Sequence record: NC_019503.1
Length of the DNA: 64,000 bases
Source: Escherichia phage ime09
Strand: one strand, 5' to 3'
Part shown: piece after piece, positions 54,422-64,000 of the stretch
Position numbering within the stretch: position 1 is the first letter of the stretch
Layout: the number at the start of each line of letters is the position of its first letter
Notes under the pieces: generated by a model
What the model was told of the DNA's origin: nothing
The model's database searches: none
The model's input: only the letters and a program-made list of their open reading frames with translations
Position numbers and translations under genes: made by a program

Positions 54422-55537
54422 ATGGAAAAATTTATGGCAGAGTTTGGACAAGGATATGTCCAAACGCCATTTTTATCGGAAAGTAATTCAGTAAGATATA
54501 AAATAAGCATAGCGGGTTCTTGCCCGCTTTCTACGGCAGGACCATACGTTAAATTTCAAGATAATCCTGTTGGAAGTCAAACATTTAGCGCAGGTCTTCA
54601 TCTAAGAGTTTTTGACCCTTCCACCGGAGCATTAGTTGATAGCAAGTCATATGCTTTTTCGACTTCAAATGATACTGCGTCAGCTGCTTTTGTTAGTTTC
54701 ATGAATTCTTTGACGAATAACAGACTTGTTGCTATATTAACTAGTGGAAAGGTTAATTTTCCTCCTGAAGTAGTATCTTGGTTAAGAGCTGCAGGAACGT
54801 CTGCTTTTCCATCTGATTCTATATTGTCAAGATTTGACGTATCATATGCTGCTTTTTACACTTCTTCTAAAAGAGCTATTGCATTAGAGCATGTTAAACT
54901 GAGCAACAGAAAAAGCACAGATGACTATCAAACTATTTTAGATGTGGTGTTTGACAGTTTAGAAGACGTCGGAGCTACCGGGTTTCCAAAAAGAACGTAT
55001 GAAAGCGTTGAGCAATTTATGTCAGCAGTCGGTGGAACTAATAACGAAATTGCACGTCTACCAACTTCAGCTGCCATAAGTAAATTATCTGACTATAATT
55101 TAATTCCTGGCGATGTTCTTTATCTTAAAGCACAGTTATATGCTGATGCCGATTTACTTGCGCTTGGAACTACAAATATATCTATCCGTTTTTATAACGC
55201 ATCGAATGGATATATTTCTTCAACACAAGCTGAGTTTACCGGGCAAGCTGGGTCTTGGGAATTAAAAGAAGATTATGTAGTTGTTCCAGAAAACGCTGTG
55301 GGATTTACGATATACGCACAAAGAACAGCACAAGCTGGCCAAGGTGGCATGAGAAATTTAAGCTTTTCTGAAGTGTCAAGAAATGGAGGTATTTCTAAAC
55401 CTGCTGAATTTGGCGTCAATGGTATTCGAGTTAATTATGTCTGTGAATCTGCTTCACCTCCGGATATAATGGTACTTCCTACGCAAGCATCGTCTAAAAC
55501 TGGTAAAGTGTTTGGGCAAGAATTTAGAGAAGTATAA
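54422..55537 (+). CDS. 35: Long tail fiber hinge protein gp35
   Basis: 371 aa, position between 34 and 36. Confidence 0.9.
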   Translation: MEKFMAEFGQGYVQTPFLSESNSVRYKISIAGSCPLSTAGPYVKFQDNPVGSQTFSAGLHLRVFDPSTGALVDSKSYAFSTSNDTASAAFVSFMNSLTNNRLVAILTSGKVNFPPEVVSWLRAAGTSAFPSDSILSRFDVSYAAFYTSSKRAIALEHVKLSNRKSTDDYQTILDVVFDSLEDVGATGFPKRTYESVEQFMSAVGGTNNEIARLPTSAAISKLSDYNLIPGDVLYLKAQLYADADLLALGTTNISIRFYNASNGYISSTQAEFTGQAGSWELKEDYVVVPENAVGFTIYAQRTAQAGQGGMRNLSFSEVSRNGGISKPAEFGVNGIRVNYVCESASPPDIMVLPTQASSKTGKVFGQEFREV

Positions 55538-55542
55538 ATTGA

Positions 55543-55567
55543 GGGAGCCTTCGGGTTCCCTTTTTCT
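55543..55567 (+). terminator. Intrinsic terminator after gene 35
   Basis: gggagcc ttcg ggttccc followed by tttttcttt. Confidence 0.7.
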
Positions 55568-55568
55568 T

Positions 55569-55576
55569 TATAAATA
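55569..55576 (+). promoter_or_regulatory. Late promoter box TATAAATA for gene 36
   Basis: Exact TATAAATA after gene 35 terminator. Confidence 0.55.
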
Positions 55577-55599
55577 CTATTAAAATAAAGGGGCATACA

Positions 55600-56265
55600 A
55601 TGGCTGATTTAAAAGTAGGTTCAACAACTGGAGGCTCTGTCATTTGGCATCAAGGAAATTTTCCATTGAATCCAGCCGGTGACGATGTACTCTATAAATC
55701 ATTTAAAATATATTCAGAATATAATAAACCACAAGCTGTTGATAACGATTTCGTTTCTAAAGCTAATGGTGGTACTTTTGCGTCAAAGGTAACATTTAAT
55801 GCTGGTGTTCAAGTACCATATGCTGTAAACAATACAAACCCGTGCGGTATTTATCCAGGTAATGGCGATGCAGCTACTTTTGCTACAGCAAATATTGATA
55901 TTGTTTCGTGGTATGGTATTGGTTTTAAATCATCACAGGGTTCAGCAGCCCGAACTGTTGTAATTAATACGCGTAATGGTGATATTAGTACAAAAGGTGT
56001 TGTGTCGGCAGCTGGTCAAGTAAGAAGTGATGCGACTGCTCCTATAGCAGCGAATGACCTTACTAGAAAGGACTATGTTGATGGAGCAATAAATACTGTT
56101 ACAGCAAATGCGAACTCTAGAGTGTTACGATCTGGTGACACTATGACTGGTAATTTAACCGCACCAAACTTTTTCTCGCAGAATCCTGCGTCTCAACCTT
56201 CACACGTTCCGCGATTTGACCAAATCGTAATTAAGGATTCTGTTCAAGATTTCGGCTATTATTAA
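55600..56265 (+). CDS. 36: Long tail fiber distal connector gp36
   Basis: 221 aa as T4 gp36; TATAAATA at 55569-55576. Confidence 0.9.
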   Translation: MADLKVGSTTGGSVIWHQGNFPLNPAGDDVLYKSFKIYSEYNKPQAVDNDFVSKANGGTFASKVTFNAGVQVPYAVNNTNPCGIYPGNGDAATFATANIDIVSWYGIGFKSSQGSAARTVVINTRNGDISTKGVVSAAGQVRSDATAPIAANDLTRKDYVDGAINTVTANANSRVLRSGDTMTGNLTAPNFFSQNPASQPSHVPRFDQIVIKDSVQDFGYY

Positions 56266-56273
56266 GAGGACTT

Positions 56274-59200
56274 ATGGCTACTTTAAAACAAATACAATTT
56301 AAAAGAAGCAAAACCGCAGGTGCACGTCCTGCTGCTTCAGTATTAGCCGAAGGTGAATTGGCTATAAACTTAAAAGATAGAACAATTTTTACTAAAGATG
56401 ATTCGGGAAATATCATTGATCTAGGTATTGCTAAAGGCGGTCAAATTGATGGAAATGTGACTATCAATGGTCTTTTAAGATTAAATGGGGATTATACACA
56501 AACTGGTGGAATGACCGTAAATGGACCTATTGGTTCTACTGAAGGCGTATCCGCCTTAGTTTTTAGATCTATGCGAGGGTCATTTTACGCAAGAGCAACA
56601 AATGATACTTCCAATGCCCATCTTTGGTTTGAAAATACAGATGGATCGGAGAGAGGTGTTTTATATTCAAAACCACAGTCTGAAAATGAAGGCGTAATCA
56701 CAATGCGTGTTCGTCAAGGAACCGCAGCAGGGGCTCAAAATTCAGAATTTCATTTCATTTCTACTGATGGTGGTATTTTCCAGGCACGCAAGTTAACTGC
56801 TTTAACTTCTATTAGTACACCAACTATTAGTGTTAATTTAATTAATCATGATTCTAAAGCCTTTGGACAATACGATTCACAATCATTGGTTCAGTATGTT
56901 TATCCTGGAACCGGTGAAACTAACGGAGTAAACTATCTTCGTAAAGTTCGTGCTAAATCTGGCGGCACTATGTGGCATGAAATCTGTACAGCTCAGACTG
57001 GACAAGCTGATGAAATGTCATGGTGGACTGGTAATACTCCTCAATCTAAACAATATGGTATTCGTAATGATGGCCGAATAGCTGGCCGTAATAGCCTTGC
57101 ATTAGGTACATTCACTACGGGTTTCCCGTCTAGTGATTATGGAAATACTGGGGTAATGGGTGATAAGTATCTTGTTCTCGGTGACACTGTAACTGGTCTG
57201 AAATATATTAAACAAGGTGTTTATGATTTAGTTGGTGGAGGTTATTCCGTTGCATCTATTACGCCTGATAGTTTCCGTAGTACTCGTAAAGGTATATTTG
57301 GTCGCTCAGAAGATCAAGGTACAACATGGACTATGCCTGGAACGAATGTTGCATTTTTATCAGTTCAAACACAGGCTGATGAAAACGCTGCTGGAGACGG
57401 CCAGACACATATTGGCTATAACTCAGGCGGAAAAATGAACCACTATTTCCGTGGTAAAGGCAAAACTAATATTAATACTCAAGAAGGCATGGAAGTTAAC
57501 CCGGGTATTCTTAAAATAGTAACCGGTGCAAATAATGTAATGTTTTATGCTGATGGCGGTATTACATCCACTAAGCAGCTTTCAATATATAATGGTGTAT
57601 ATTTAGCAGCTAATAATTCTACTGCTGGGCTAACATTCGCTCCAACTACTACAATTGACGGCACTAAGCAAATTTTGTGGGAAGGTGGTAAGCGTGCTGG
57701 ACAGAATAAAAGCTATGTAACTGTTAAAGCGTGGGGTAATTCATTTAACGCATCTGGCGATCGTAATCGTGAAACGGTTTTTGAAGTAGCTGACGGACAA
57801 GGTTATTATTTTTATGCGCAGCGTGTAGCTCCTGCATCAGGTTCAACAACTGGAGTAATTCAATTTAGAATTGCTGGAGCATTATTAACCGGTGGGGGTA
57901 TTACATCATCAGGTTCTATTGTTACTGAGTCAAGTTTAGTTGCAAATAATGGATTGTCTGTAAATGGACAAGCTAAATTTGGTGGAACAGCAGATGCATT
58001 AAGAATTTGGAATGCTGAATACGGTGCTATTTTCCGCCGTTCGGAAACTAACTTTTATATTATTCCAACTTTACAAAATGCCGGAGAATCGGGCGGTATA
58101 AGTAATTTACGCCCATTTACCATCAATCTCGCAAATGGTAGTGTTATGATGGGCAATCATACACAAGCCGGAAAAAATTTGCTTACTATTGATAACGTAT
58201 CAAAATTCGTTCAAACCGATGTTAGACTTCGAGTTAATATGGATTCTGACGCTATTGTGGTAAATGCTTCATCTCAAGCTGCATCTAACTTTATTCAAGG
58301 ACGTAAGGCTGATGTTACAAAATGGTATTTAGGTATTGGCGATGGCGGAAACGTCGTTCGTATGCATAATTACACCTACTCTCACGGTATTGCATTAAAC
58401 TCTGATACTGTCGATATTACTAAGCCTCTTAAAATTAATGATATTCGAATTGGTACAGATGGTAACATCACAGGTGGTACTGGTAATTTTGCTAACTTAA
58501 ATACAACGTTAAATCGTAAAACCAACGTGGGCGGTTGGGCTGGTAGTTCTGTTGACGGATGGTATAAATTTGCTACGGTAACAATTCCTCAGGGTACTGG
58601 TACAGTGACTTTTAAGATTTCCGGCGGCGCTGGTTTTAATTTTAAAAGCTATAGCCAAGCTTCTGTTGCAGAAATAGTTCTTCGCACGGGTAATAATAAT
58701 CCTAAAGGCATAAATGCTGTACTGTGGAATAGGTCAGACCTGAGTTTTAATCAGATAGCTACTATGAATACATCTGGCGATACTTATGATGTATACGTGT
58801 TCTGTGCCGGTTATACAAATGCATTAGTGGTTGAATATTCCTGTAGTGAAAACTCTTCGGTAACCGTAGTCGGTCTTAACGGAGGCATTCAGCCAGTTGT
58901 TGATGCATTGCCTGAGGGACATGTTGTAGGTAAAACAGTTCGTCTGTTAAATAATATTGGCGGAACTTTCGCAGCTGGAGAATCTAACATTGTTACTCGC
59001 GGTGAATACGTTACTGATAATCAAAAAGGCATGCGTATTAAATCTAACGGTAATAATATCGGTTCTAACGCAGCTTTAATTAGAAATGATGGCGGAAGTT
59101 TTTATATTTTAGCTACAGATAAAAATACGGAAGAAAAACCCGATGCAGCTAATGGTGATTGGAATGGATTAAGACCTTTCTCGATTAATATGGCTGATGG

Positions 59201-60122
59201 TCGCGTTGGTATGAACCACGGGTTAAATATTACTGGCGGTGGTCTGAACGTGGCGGGTGGCCTTAATGTTACCAGTGGTAATACTAGTTTAGGTAATATC
59301 TCATCTCGTGTGGTTGCAGGTTGGCGTGGTGCCGCAGGTTGGGGAGATACCTCAGATGCCATGAAATCCAAAATTACCTTTATGGCAGACCATGGTGATT
59401 TATCTAATTCAGGTAGTTATTATCCTATTGTCGGTGCATACAGTAACTATGGTTCAGCGGGTTATCGTCAAACCTTTGAGTTCGGATGGGTCGGTTCCGG
59501 CACTACAGCGGGTTGGCGCGATGGTATTATTCGTATTCGCGGAGATAATGCTAATGACCAGCAAGCAAGATGGCGCTTTACAATGGACGGTACTTTAGAT
59601 TGCCCTGGTAAAGTACTGCTACCACAAACAGGTGCCTTTGGTGTCAATACATCAAATGGTCTCGGTGGAAATAGTATAACATTTGGTGATAACGATACTG
59701 GTATTAAGCAAAATGGTGATGGATTATTAGACATATATGCGAACAGCGTACAAGTATTCCGTTTCCAAAACGGTGATTTGTACTCATACAAAAATATAAA
59801 CGCTCCAAACGTTTATATTCGTTCTGATATTCGTTTAAAATCCAACTTTAAACCTATCGAAAATGCACTTGATAAAGTTGAAAAACTTAACGGTGTCATT
59901 TATGATAAAGCTGAATACATCGGTGGAGAGGCAATTGAAACTGAAGCGGGTATTGTGGCTCAAACGCTGCAAGACGTTTTACCAGAAGCTGTCCGTGAAA
60001 CAGAAGACAGCAAGGGTAATAAAATACTCACTGTTTCTTCTCAAGCCCAGATTGCTCTTCTAGTTGAAGCTGTGAAAACACTTTCTTCTCGTGTAAAAGA
60101 ACTTGAATCTAAACTTATGTAA
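56274..60122 (+). CDS. 37: Long tail fiber distal subunit gp37 (T2-type, with C-terminal intramolecular chaperone domain)
   Basis: 1282 aa; C-terminal about 100 aa begin with SDIRLK motif typical of self-cleaving intramolecular chaperone (peptidase S74-like) domains. Confidence 0.92.
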   Translation: MATLKQIQFKRSKTAGARPAASVLAEGELAINLKDRTIFTKDDSGNIIDLGIAKGGQIDGNVTINGLLRLNGDYTQTGGMTVNGPIGSTEGVSALVFRSMRGSFYARATNDTSNAHLWFENTDGSERGVLYSKPQSENEGVITMRVRQGTAAGAQNSEFHFISTDGGIFQARKLTALTSISTPTISVNLINHDSKAFGQYDSQSLVQYVYPGTGETNGVNYLRKVRAKSGGTMWHEICTAQTGQADEMSWWTGNTPQSKQYGIRNDGRIAGRNSLALGTFTTGFPSSDYGNTGVMGDKYLVLGDTVTGLKYIKQGVYDLVGGGYSVASITPDSFRSTRKGIFGRSEDQGTTWTMPGTNVAFLSVQTQADENAAGDGQTHIGYNSGGKMNHYFRGKGKTNINTQEGMEVNPGILKIVTGANNVMFYADGGITSTKQLSIYNGVYLAANNSTAGLTFAPTTTIDGTKQILWEGGKRAGQNKSYVTVKAWGNSFNASGDRNRETVFEVADGQGYYFYAQRVAPASGSTTGVIQFRIAGALLTGGGITSSGSIVTESSLVANNGLSVNGQAKFGGTADALRIWNAEYGAIFRRSETNFYIIPTLQNAGESGGISNLRPFTINLANGSVMMGNHTQAGKNLLTIDNVSKFVQTDVRLRVNMDSDAIVVNASSQAASNFIQGRKADVTKWYLGIGDGGNVVRMHNYTYSHGIALNSDTVDITKPLKINDIRIGTDGNITGGTGNFANLNTTLNRKTNVGGWAGSSVDGWYKFATVTIPQGTGTVTFKISGGAGFNFKSYSQASVAEIVLRTGNNNPKGINAVLWNRSDLSFNQIATMNTSGDTYDVYVFCAGYTNALVVEYSCSENSSVTVVGLNGGIQPVVDALPEGHVVGKTVRLLNNIGGTFAAGESNIVTRGEYVTDNQKGMRIKSNGNNIGSNAALIRNDGGSFYILATDKNTEEKPDAANGDWNGLRPFSINMADGRVGMNHGLNITGGGLNVAGGLNVTSGNTSLGNISSRVVAGWRGAAGWGDTSDAMKSKITFMADHGDLSNSGSYYPIVGAYSNYGSAGYRQTFEFGWVGSGTTAGWRDGIIRIRGDNANDQQARWRFTMDGTLDCPGKVLLPQTGAFGVNTSNGLGGNSITFGDNDTGIKQNGDGLLDIYANSVQVFRFQNGDLYSYKNINAPNVYIRSDIRLKSNFKPIENALDKVEKLNGVIYDKAEYIGGEAIETEAGIVAQTLQDVLPEAVRETEDSKGNKILTVSSQAQIALLVEAVKTLSSRVKELESKLM

Positions 60123-60123
60123 A

Positions 60124-60141
60124 AGAGGGCTTCGGCCCTCT
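60124..60141 (+). terminator. UUCG hairpin after gene 37 / upstream of gene 38 SD
   Basis: agagggc ttcg gccctct then aagga SD and ATG of gene 38. Confidence 0.5.
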
Positions 60142-60152
60142 AAGGATTTTTA

Positions 60153-60947
60153 ATGGCAATTGTAGGTGTTCCTGGCTGGATTGGTGAATCTGCCGTGAAT
60201 GAAACTGGACAACGTTGGATGGATGCTGCGATGAGAGCAGTTCGTGTTTCAGTTCCTGGTTGGATGAGCTCAATGGCCGGACAATCTAAAGAAGTATATT
60301 ACAGCATTGGTGCTAGCAATTCTTATAATAAAGACACACTAATAAATTATCTCAAATCTCAAGGTAGTACTCCTGTTGTTGTTACTATTACTGGTAACTT
60401 AGTTTCTTCATCTGCCGGGCAACCTTGCTTAGATTTTCCTAGTTCATTAACTAATGCTTATGTAACGCTTATTATAAATGGCGGTGTAACAGTATATGGT
60501 CGCGGAGGACGCGGCGCGCAAGCGGGAAACCAGGCGGGTGAAGCTGGTGGTACTGCAATTAACAATGGTATAGGTACTCGTCTACGAATCACTAACAATG
60601 GAGCAATCGCTGGCGGCGGCGGTGGTGGTGGCGCCCAATCAACTGATAATGGATGGGGAGGTAAATATGTTTCTGGCGGTGGCGGCGGACGTCCTTTCGG
60701 AGCTGGTGGTAATAATGGAGCAAAAGCTCCGGGTGCATCAGCATCTTTAACATCTCCAGGCGCTGGCGGAAAAATGTATTCCGGCGTTGGATACTACGGT
60801 GGTGACGGTGGTAATGTTGGTGAACGAGGTAAGGATGCGGTTAGATTGAACGGCTATTCGAACTCACCTGGCGCAGCAGGTAAAGCTGTTACTGGTAATG
60901 CTCCAACTTGGACTAAAGTTGGTACAATATATGGTTCAAGAGTATAA
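60153..60947 (+). CDS. 38: gp38 receptor-recognising adhesin (T2-type) with glycine-rich motifs
   Basis: 264 aa with repeated poly-Gly blocks (AGGGGGGGAQ, SGGGGGRPFGAGG) separated by variable segments. Confidence 0.85.
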   Translation: MAIVGVPGWIGESAVNETGQRWMDAAMRAVRVSVPGWMSSMAGQSKEVYYSIGASNSYNKDTLINYLKSQGSTPVVVTITGNLVSSSAGQPCLDFPSSLTNAYVTLIINGGVTVYGRGGRGAQAGNQAGEAGGTAINNGIGTRLRITNNGAIAGGGGGGGAQSTDNGWGGKYVSGGGGGRPFGAGGNNGAKAPGASASLTSPGAGGKMYSGVGYYGGDGGNVGERGKDAVRLNGYSNSPGAAGKAVTGNAPTWTKVGTIYGSRV

Positions 60948-60978
60948 TTTTGAATAAATATCCTTAAAAGGAGGGTCT

Positions 60979-61635
60979 ATGGCAGCACCTAGAATATCAT
61001 TTTCGCCCTCTGATATTCTGTTTGGTGTTCTAGATCGCTTGTTCAAAGATAACGCTACCGGGAAAGTTCTTGCTTCCCGGGTAGCTGTCGTAATTCTTTT
61101 GTTTATAATGGCGATTGTTTGGTATAGGGGAGATAGTTTCTTTGAGTACTATAAGCAATCAAAGTATGAAACATACAGTGAAATTATTGAAAAGGAAAGA
61201 AATGCACGCTTTGAATCTGTCGCCCTGGAACAACTCCAGATAGTTCATATATCATCTGAGGCAGACTTTAGTGCGGTGTATTCTTTCCGCCCTAAAAACT
61301 TAAACTATTTTGTTGATATTATAGCATATGAAGGAAAATTACCTTCAACAATAAGTGAAAAATCACTTGGAGGATATCCTGTTGATAAAACTATGGATGA
61401 ATATGCAGTTCATTTAAATGGACGTCATTATTATTCCAACTCAAAATTTGCTTTTTTACCAACCAAAAAGCCTACTCCCGAAATAAATTACATGTACAGT
61501 TGTCCATATTTCAATTTGGATAATATCTATGCTGGAACAATAACAATGTACTGGTATAGAAATGATCATATAAGTAATGACCGCCTTGAATCAATATGTG
61601 CTCAGGCGGCCAGAATATTAGGAAGGGCTAAATAA
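60979..61635 (+). CDS. t: Holin T
   Basis: 218 aa; single N-terminal TM segment (VAVVILLFIMAIVWY) and large periplasmic domain as T4 T. Confidence 0.93.
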   Translation: MAAPRISFSPSDILFGVLDRLFKDNATGKVLASRVAVVILLFIMAIVWYRGDSFFEYYKQSKYETYSEIIEKERNARFESVALEQLQIVHISSEADFSAVYSFRPKNLNYFVDIIAYEGKLPSTISEKSLGGYPVDKTMDEYAVHLNGRHYYSNSKFAFLPTKKPTPEINYMYSCPYFNLDNIYAGTITMYWYRNDHISNDRLESICAQAARILGRAK

Positions 61636-61908
61636 TTATTTGTTCGTATACATCTCTAGATATCGATATACACCCTCAAAACCCTCGTTGAATTCGTCGA
61701 TGAGGGTTTTCTTATCTTCTTGAGTTAATTCAGAAACAATTTTACGGAATGAATTCTGATTCAACTTTCTACCTTCATGTGTTACTCCAATCTCATTCAG
61801 AAATGCAATAAAATTAGCACGATTCTCAACAATATCTTCTCTGGAAAATTTAATCAAAATAGACGCAACAGTAATAATTTCACGAACTGTATCAATATTT
61901 TTATTCAT
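61636..61908 (-). CDS. asiA: AsiA anti-sigma70 factor
   Basis: 90 aa matching T4 AsiA; early promoter TTTACA-17-TATTAT upstream. Confidence 0.93.
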   Translation of the reverse strand: MNKNIDTVREIITVASILIKFSREDIVENRANFIAFLNEIGVTHEGRKLNQNSFRKIVSELTQEDKKTLIDEFNEGFEGVYRYLEMYTNK

Positions 61909-61920
61909 TAACTATACCAC

Positions 61921-62073
61921 TCAATTAGTTGACTTTACTATAATATCATCAGACGCTTGATTTGTAAACTGGTCTGTGGTATTTTCTTCAAAAATTTTTT
62001 CTACGAATTCCTTGAACGACTTACGTTCCTGAGCTACATTGTGCTCGATTACTTTTTCAAGATTATGACTCAT
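61921..62073 (-). CDS. Possible small acidic protein, 50 aa (not in ORF track)
   Basis: ATG overlaps arn stop (ATGA); MSHNLEKVIEHNVAQERKSFKEFVEKIFEENTTDQFTNQASDDIIVKSTN; overlaps asiA promoter so uncertain. Confidence 0.3.
   Translation of the reverse strand: MSHNLEKVIEHNVAQERKSFKEFVEKIFEENTTDQFTNQASDDIIVKSTN
61938..61970 (-). promoter_or_regulatory. Early promoter of asiA, TTTACA-17-TATTAT
   Basis: -35 plus 61963-61968, -10 plus 61940-61945, extended TG. Confidence 0.5.
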
Positions 62074-62348
62074 TCGAAATAATCTTCAATTTCATAATCA
62101 TGGACATAAATCATTATAGTTTTTAATACATCATCAATACTTTTTCCAGGAGCTGGAATTACGTAAAAATATCCTGCTTTTGAGAGGTCTTTATAAGTTC
62201 CAATCAAGAAATCATTATTCTCGAGATGTAGTTCTTCAACTAATTCATTGACAATTGAGTGGTATAAATTTGGTAGAAACTTATATAGCTTTTCTAGAAT
62301 ATCAATTTTGATTGTGTATTGAACCACAGACTGAGAATCAATAATCAT
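62070..62348 (-). CDS. arn: Arn anti-restriction (McrBC inhibitor) protein
   Basis: 92 aa, acidic, matches T4 Arn as recalled. Confidence 0.88.
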   Translation of the reverse strand: MIIDSQSVVQYTIKIDILEKLYKFLPNLYHSIVNELVEELHLENNDFLIGTYKDLSKAGYFYVIPAPGKSIDDVLKTIMIYVHDYEIEDYFE

Positions 62349-62431
62349 AGACCTTCCCCTTATGTTTCTGTTTGCGATTAGATTCTTTAAACGCTTTCTT
62401 CTTATCCTTATGGACAGAAGCTTTATTAAAA

Positions 62432-62650
62432 TTATGTTTTGCGACTAAATTGTTCATAGTGCTGAATTACCTCTCTCAAACATTTGCATGTGAATGAAAA
62501 CTTTTTAGCTACACCACATTCAAATATATGTTCTCTTAAATCACGTGTATCAGTATATCCCATCTCAACGATAAAATGCCGTATTAGATTTTTATCTTTA
62601 TCATTGAGAGAATTAAAATAATCGGATTTTGAATTAATTTCCCTGGCCAA
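62432..62650 (-). CDS. Hypothetical protein, 72 aa
   Basis: ORF in arn-motA interval. Confidence 0.5.
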   Translation of the reverse strand: MAREINSKSDYFNSLNDKDKNLIRHFIVEMGYTDTRDLREHIFECGVAKKFSFTCKCLREVIQHYEQFSRKT

Positions 62651-62930
62651 ATTGAATCACCTTCAGTTGACGTTTTAGCTCTTTTATCATTTCTTCGTTC
62701 ATCGCAATATAAAGATCGCGTAAAGCAGGTTTTAACATGTCATTTATTGTAGAACTAAATGGACATACATAATCTTTTCCTACAAGCTTTTTAGTGAATT
62801 CCATATCGCAGAACTTAAATCCCGGTTCATTGGCATAAATTCCCCAATTAGTTGACATCATTTTATTAGCATATTCCAGTGCCTGGATTTGATTCATAAT
62901 TCCATCAATTTGAAACTTTTTAATATTCAT
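62634..62930 (-). CDS. Hypothetical protein, 98 aa
   Basis: ORF in arn-motA interval. Confidence 0.55.
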   Translation of the reverse strand: MNIKKFQIDGIMNQIQALEYANKMMSTNWGIYANEPGFKFCDMEFTKKLVGKDYVCPFSSTINDMLKPALRDLYIAMNEEMIKELKRQLKVIQFGQGN

Positions 62931-63391
62931 TAGTAAAGGTCCTCAGAGTAAAGTTCTTTTTCACTACCACCGCGTTCAATACGTACTTGTCTGGCGTAAG
63001 TTGCAATAATCATTGCTTCTTCACGTGTCCAATAATTACTATATTGGTCAATAAACCCTTGGTCATCATCACAAACTTGTTGAGTAACTAATTGAGGTTT
63101 AACTACATCTAAAACTTCTGCCATATCTTTAGAATAATGACGAGCACCCGGAATAACAAGAGTTCGTCCATCTTTTAATTTAAAACGGTTGGCTGCGCAA
63201 ACAATTCGTCGTTGATACTTTTGATTTTCGTCCCAATATGCAGACTGCCAACAGATTTCAGGAACTTCTTTCAGAATATCTTCTTCTGTGCATTTATAAC
63301 CATGCGCTTTAAATTTTTCAACAAGACTTTCTGGAGTTTCACGGGATAAAGGAACATTCAGCATTTTTAAACGATTAATAAACGGGTTCAT
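62930..63391 (-). CDS. Hypothetical protein, 153 aa
   Basis: ORF in arn-motA interval. Confidence 0.6.
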   Translation of the reverse strand: MNPFINRLKMLNVPLSRETPESLVEKFKAHGYKCTEEDILKEVPEICWQSAYWDENQKYQRRIVCAANRFKLKDGRTLVIPGARHYSKDMAEVLDVVKPQLVTQQVCDDDQGFIDQYSNYWTREEAMIIATYARQVRIERGGSEKELYSEDLY

Positions 63392-63717
63392 TTAAACCAT
63401 CCTTTAATACGTTGCCACAAAGTTTTCTGTTGAGCTTTGTTAACACCAATTGAGCGAATAACTGGTTGAGATTCCTGGAATTCTTTATAATCAGCAAGGT
63501 AAATTTCGTAAGCTGCATCTGTAAATGAACTTATCGCCGCCATAAAATTATTGCGAATACCTACTGGAGCATCTTTACTTTCACGAATAATCATGTATTT
63601 ACCAGTCTTAATCTTTACGATAGTTCCAAGATAAGCTCCGTGGTACCAGATGTCCCACCCCTCTTGAGTGGGTTCTGCACAACGACGAAGTTCATTAACA
63701 ATTTCTAACTTGTTCAT
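63388..63717 (-). CDS. Hypothetical protein, 109 aa
   Basis: ORF directly downstream of motA. Confidence 0.6.
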   Translation of the reverse strand: MNKLEIVNELRRCAEPTQEGWDIWYHGAYLGTIVKIKTGKYMIIRESKDAPVGIRNNFMAAISSFTDAAYEIYLADYKEFQESQPVIRSIGVNKAQQKTLWQRIKGWFK

Positions 63718-63727
63718 TATTTATTCC

Positions 63728-64000
63728 TCACAGTTCAGATGCTACGGTGATTACTGCTTCAATGTTTTCTGCCGAGCGTTTAATGTCAAGATACACATTA
63801 CCGTTTTTAGCGATTTTACATGACATTCCGATATCAGTAAATTTCTGAATATGATGTTCCATCATTTTGTATCCAAAAATTCGCATATTTCCATTGTTAT
63901 TAATTTCAAAATTGCGAATTCCGTGAGTGCGTTTTTCTAAAATAGCAAGATAGTTACTGCGGTAAGTTTCAACCTTTTTAAGAACAAATCCATTTTCATC
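63728..64000 (-). CDS. motA: MotA middle-transcription activator, C-terminal part (5' end beyond window)
   Basis: Minus-strand frame ends ...KRSAENIEAVITVASEL then TGA at 63728-63730; no start in window. Confidence 0.85.
   Translation of the reverse strand, partial: DENGFVLKKVETYRSNYLAILEKRTHGIRNFEINNNGNMRIFGYKMMEHHIQKFTDIGMSCKIAKNGNVYLDIKRSAENIEAVITVASEL

Noticed and set aside
62338-62457. 39-codon very basic minus-strand ORF overlapping the arn start
   Set aside because: Overlaps two annotated ORFs in other frames and has no SD; likely chance frame in AT-rich DNA

Overview
This window is a dense, syntenic segment of a T4-like (T-even, Tevenvirinae) myovirus genome, with about 90 protein-coding genes and no tRNA, rRNA, CRISPR or transposon. 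Plus-strand late structural blocks are 18(partial)-19-20-67-68-21-22-23-24, uvsW, 51-27-28-29-48-54 and 34-35-36-37-38-t. Minus-strand blocks are rnlB-hoc-inh, uvsY-25-26, and a long early/middle block alt-30-rIII-31-cd-pseT-spanins-alc-rnlA-denA-nrdB-nrdA-td-frd-32-59-33-dsbA-rnh, then asiA-arn-motA(partial). Gene identities rest on the translated ORFs, T4 gene order and recalled T4 protein lengths; no database search was run. Regulatory signals read from the sequence include TATAAATA late-promoter boxes, TTTACA-17-TAnnAT early promoters, a MotA-box middle promoter upstream of uvsY, the gene 32 translational operator and pseudoknot, and many GC hairpins with UUCG/GAAA/CGAA tetraloops. I did not find a convincing novel multi-gene system. 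The most unusual observations are an apparent 1-nt frameshift splitting rnh, a tandem pair of Alt-family ADP-ribosyltransferase genes, a Hoc gene with an extra duplicated Ig-like domain, T2-type distal fibre genes (gp37 with C-terminal chaperone domain, gp38 glycine-rich adhesin), a hairpin between SD and AUG at denA, a near-identical early promoter/leader module at two loci, and the absence of the introns and homing-endonuclease genes that T4 carries in td, nrdB and the nrdA-nrdB junction.
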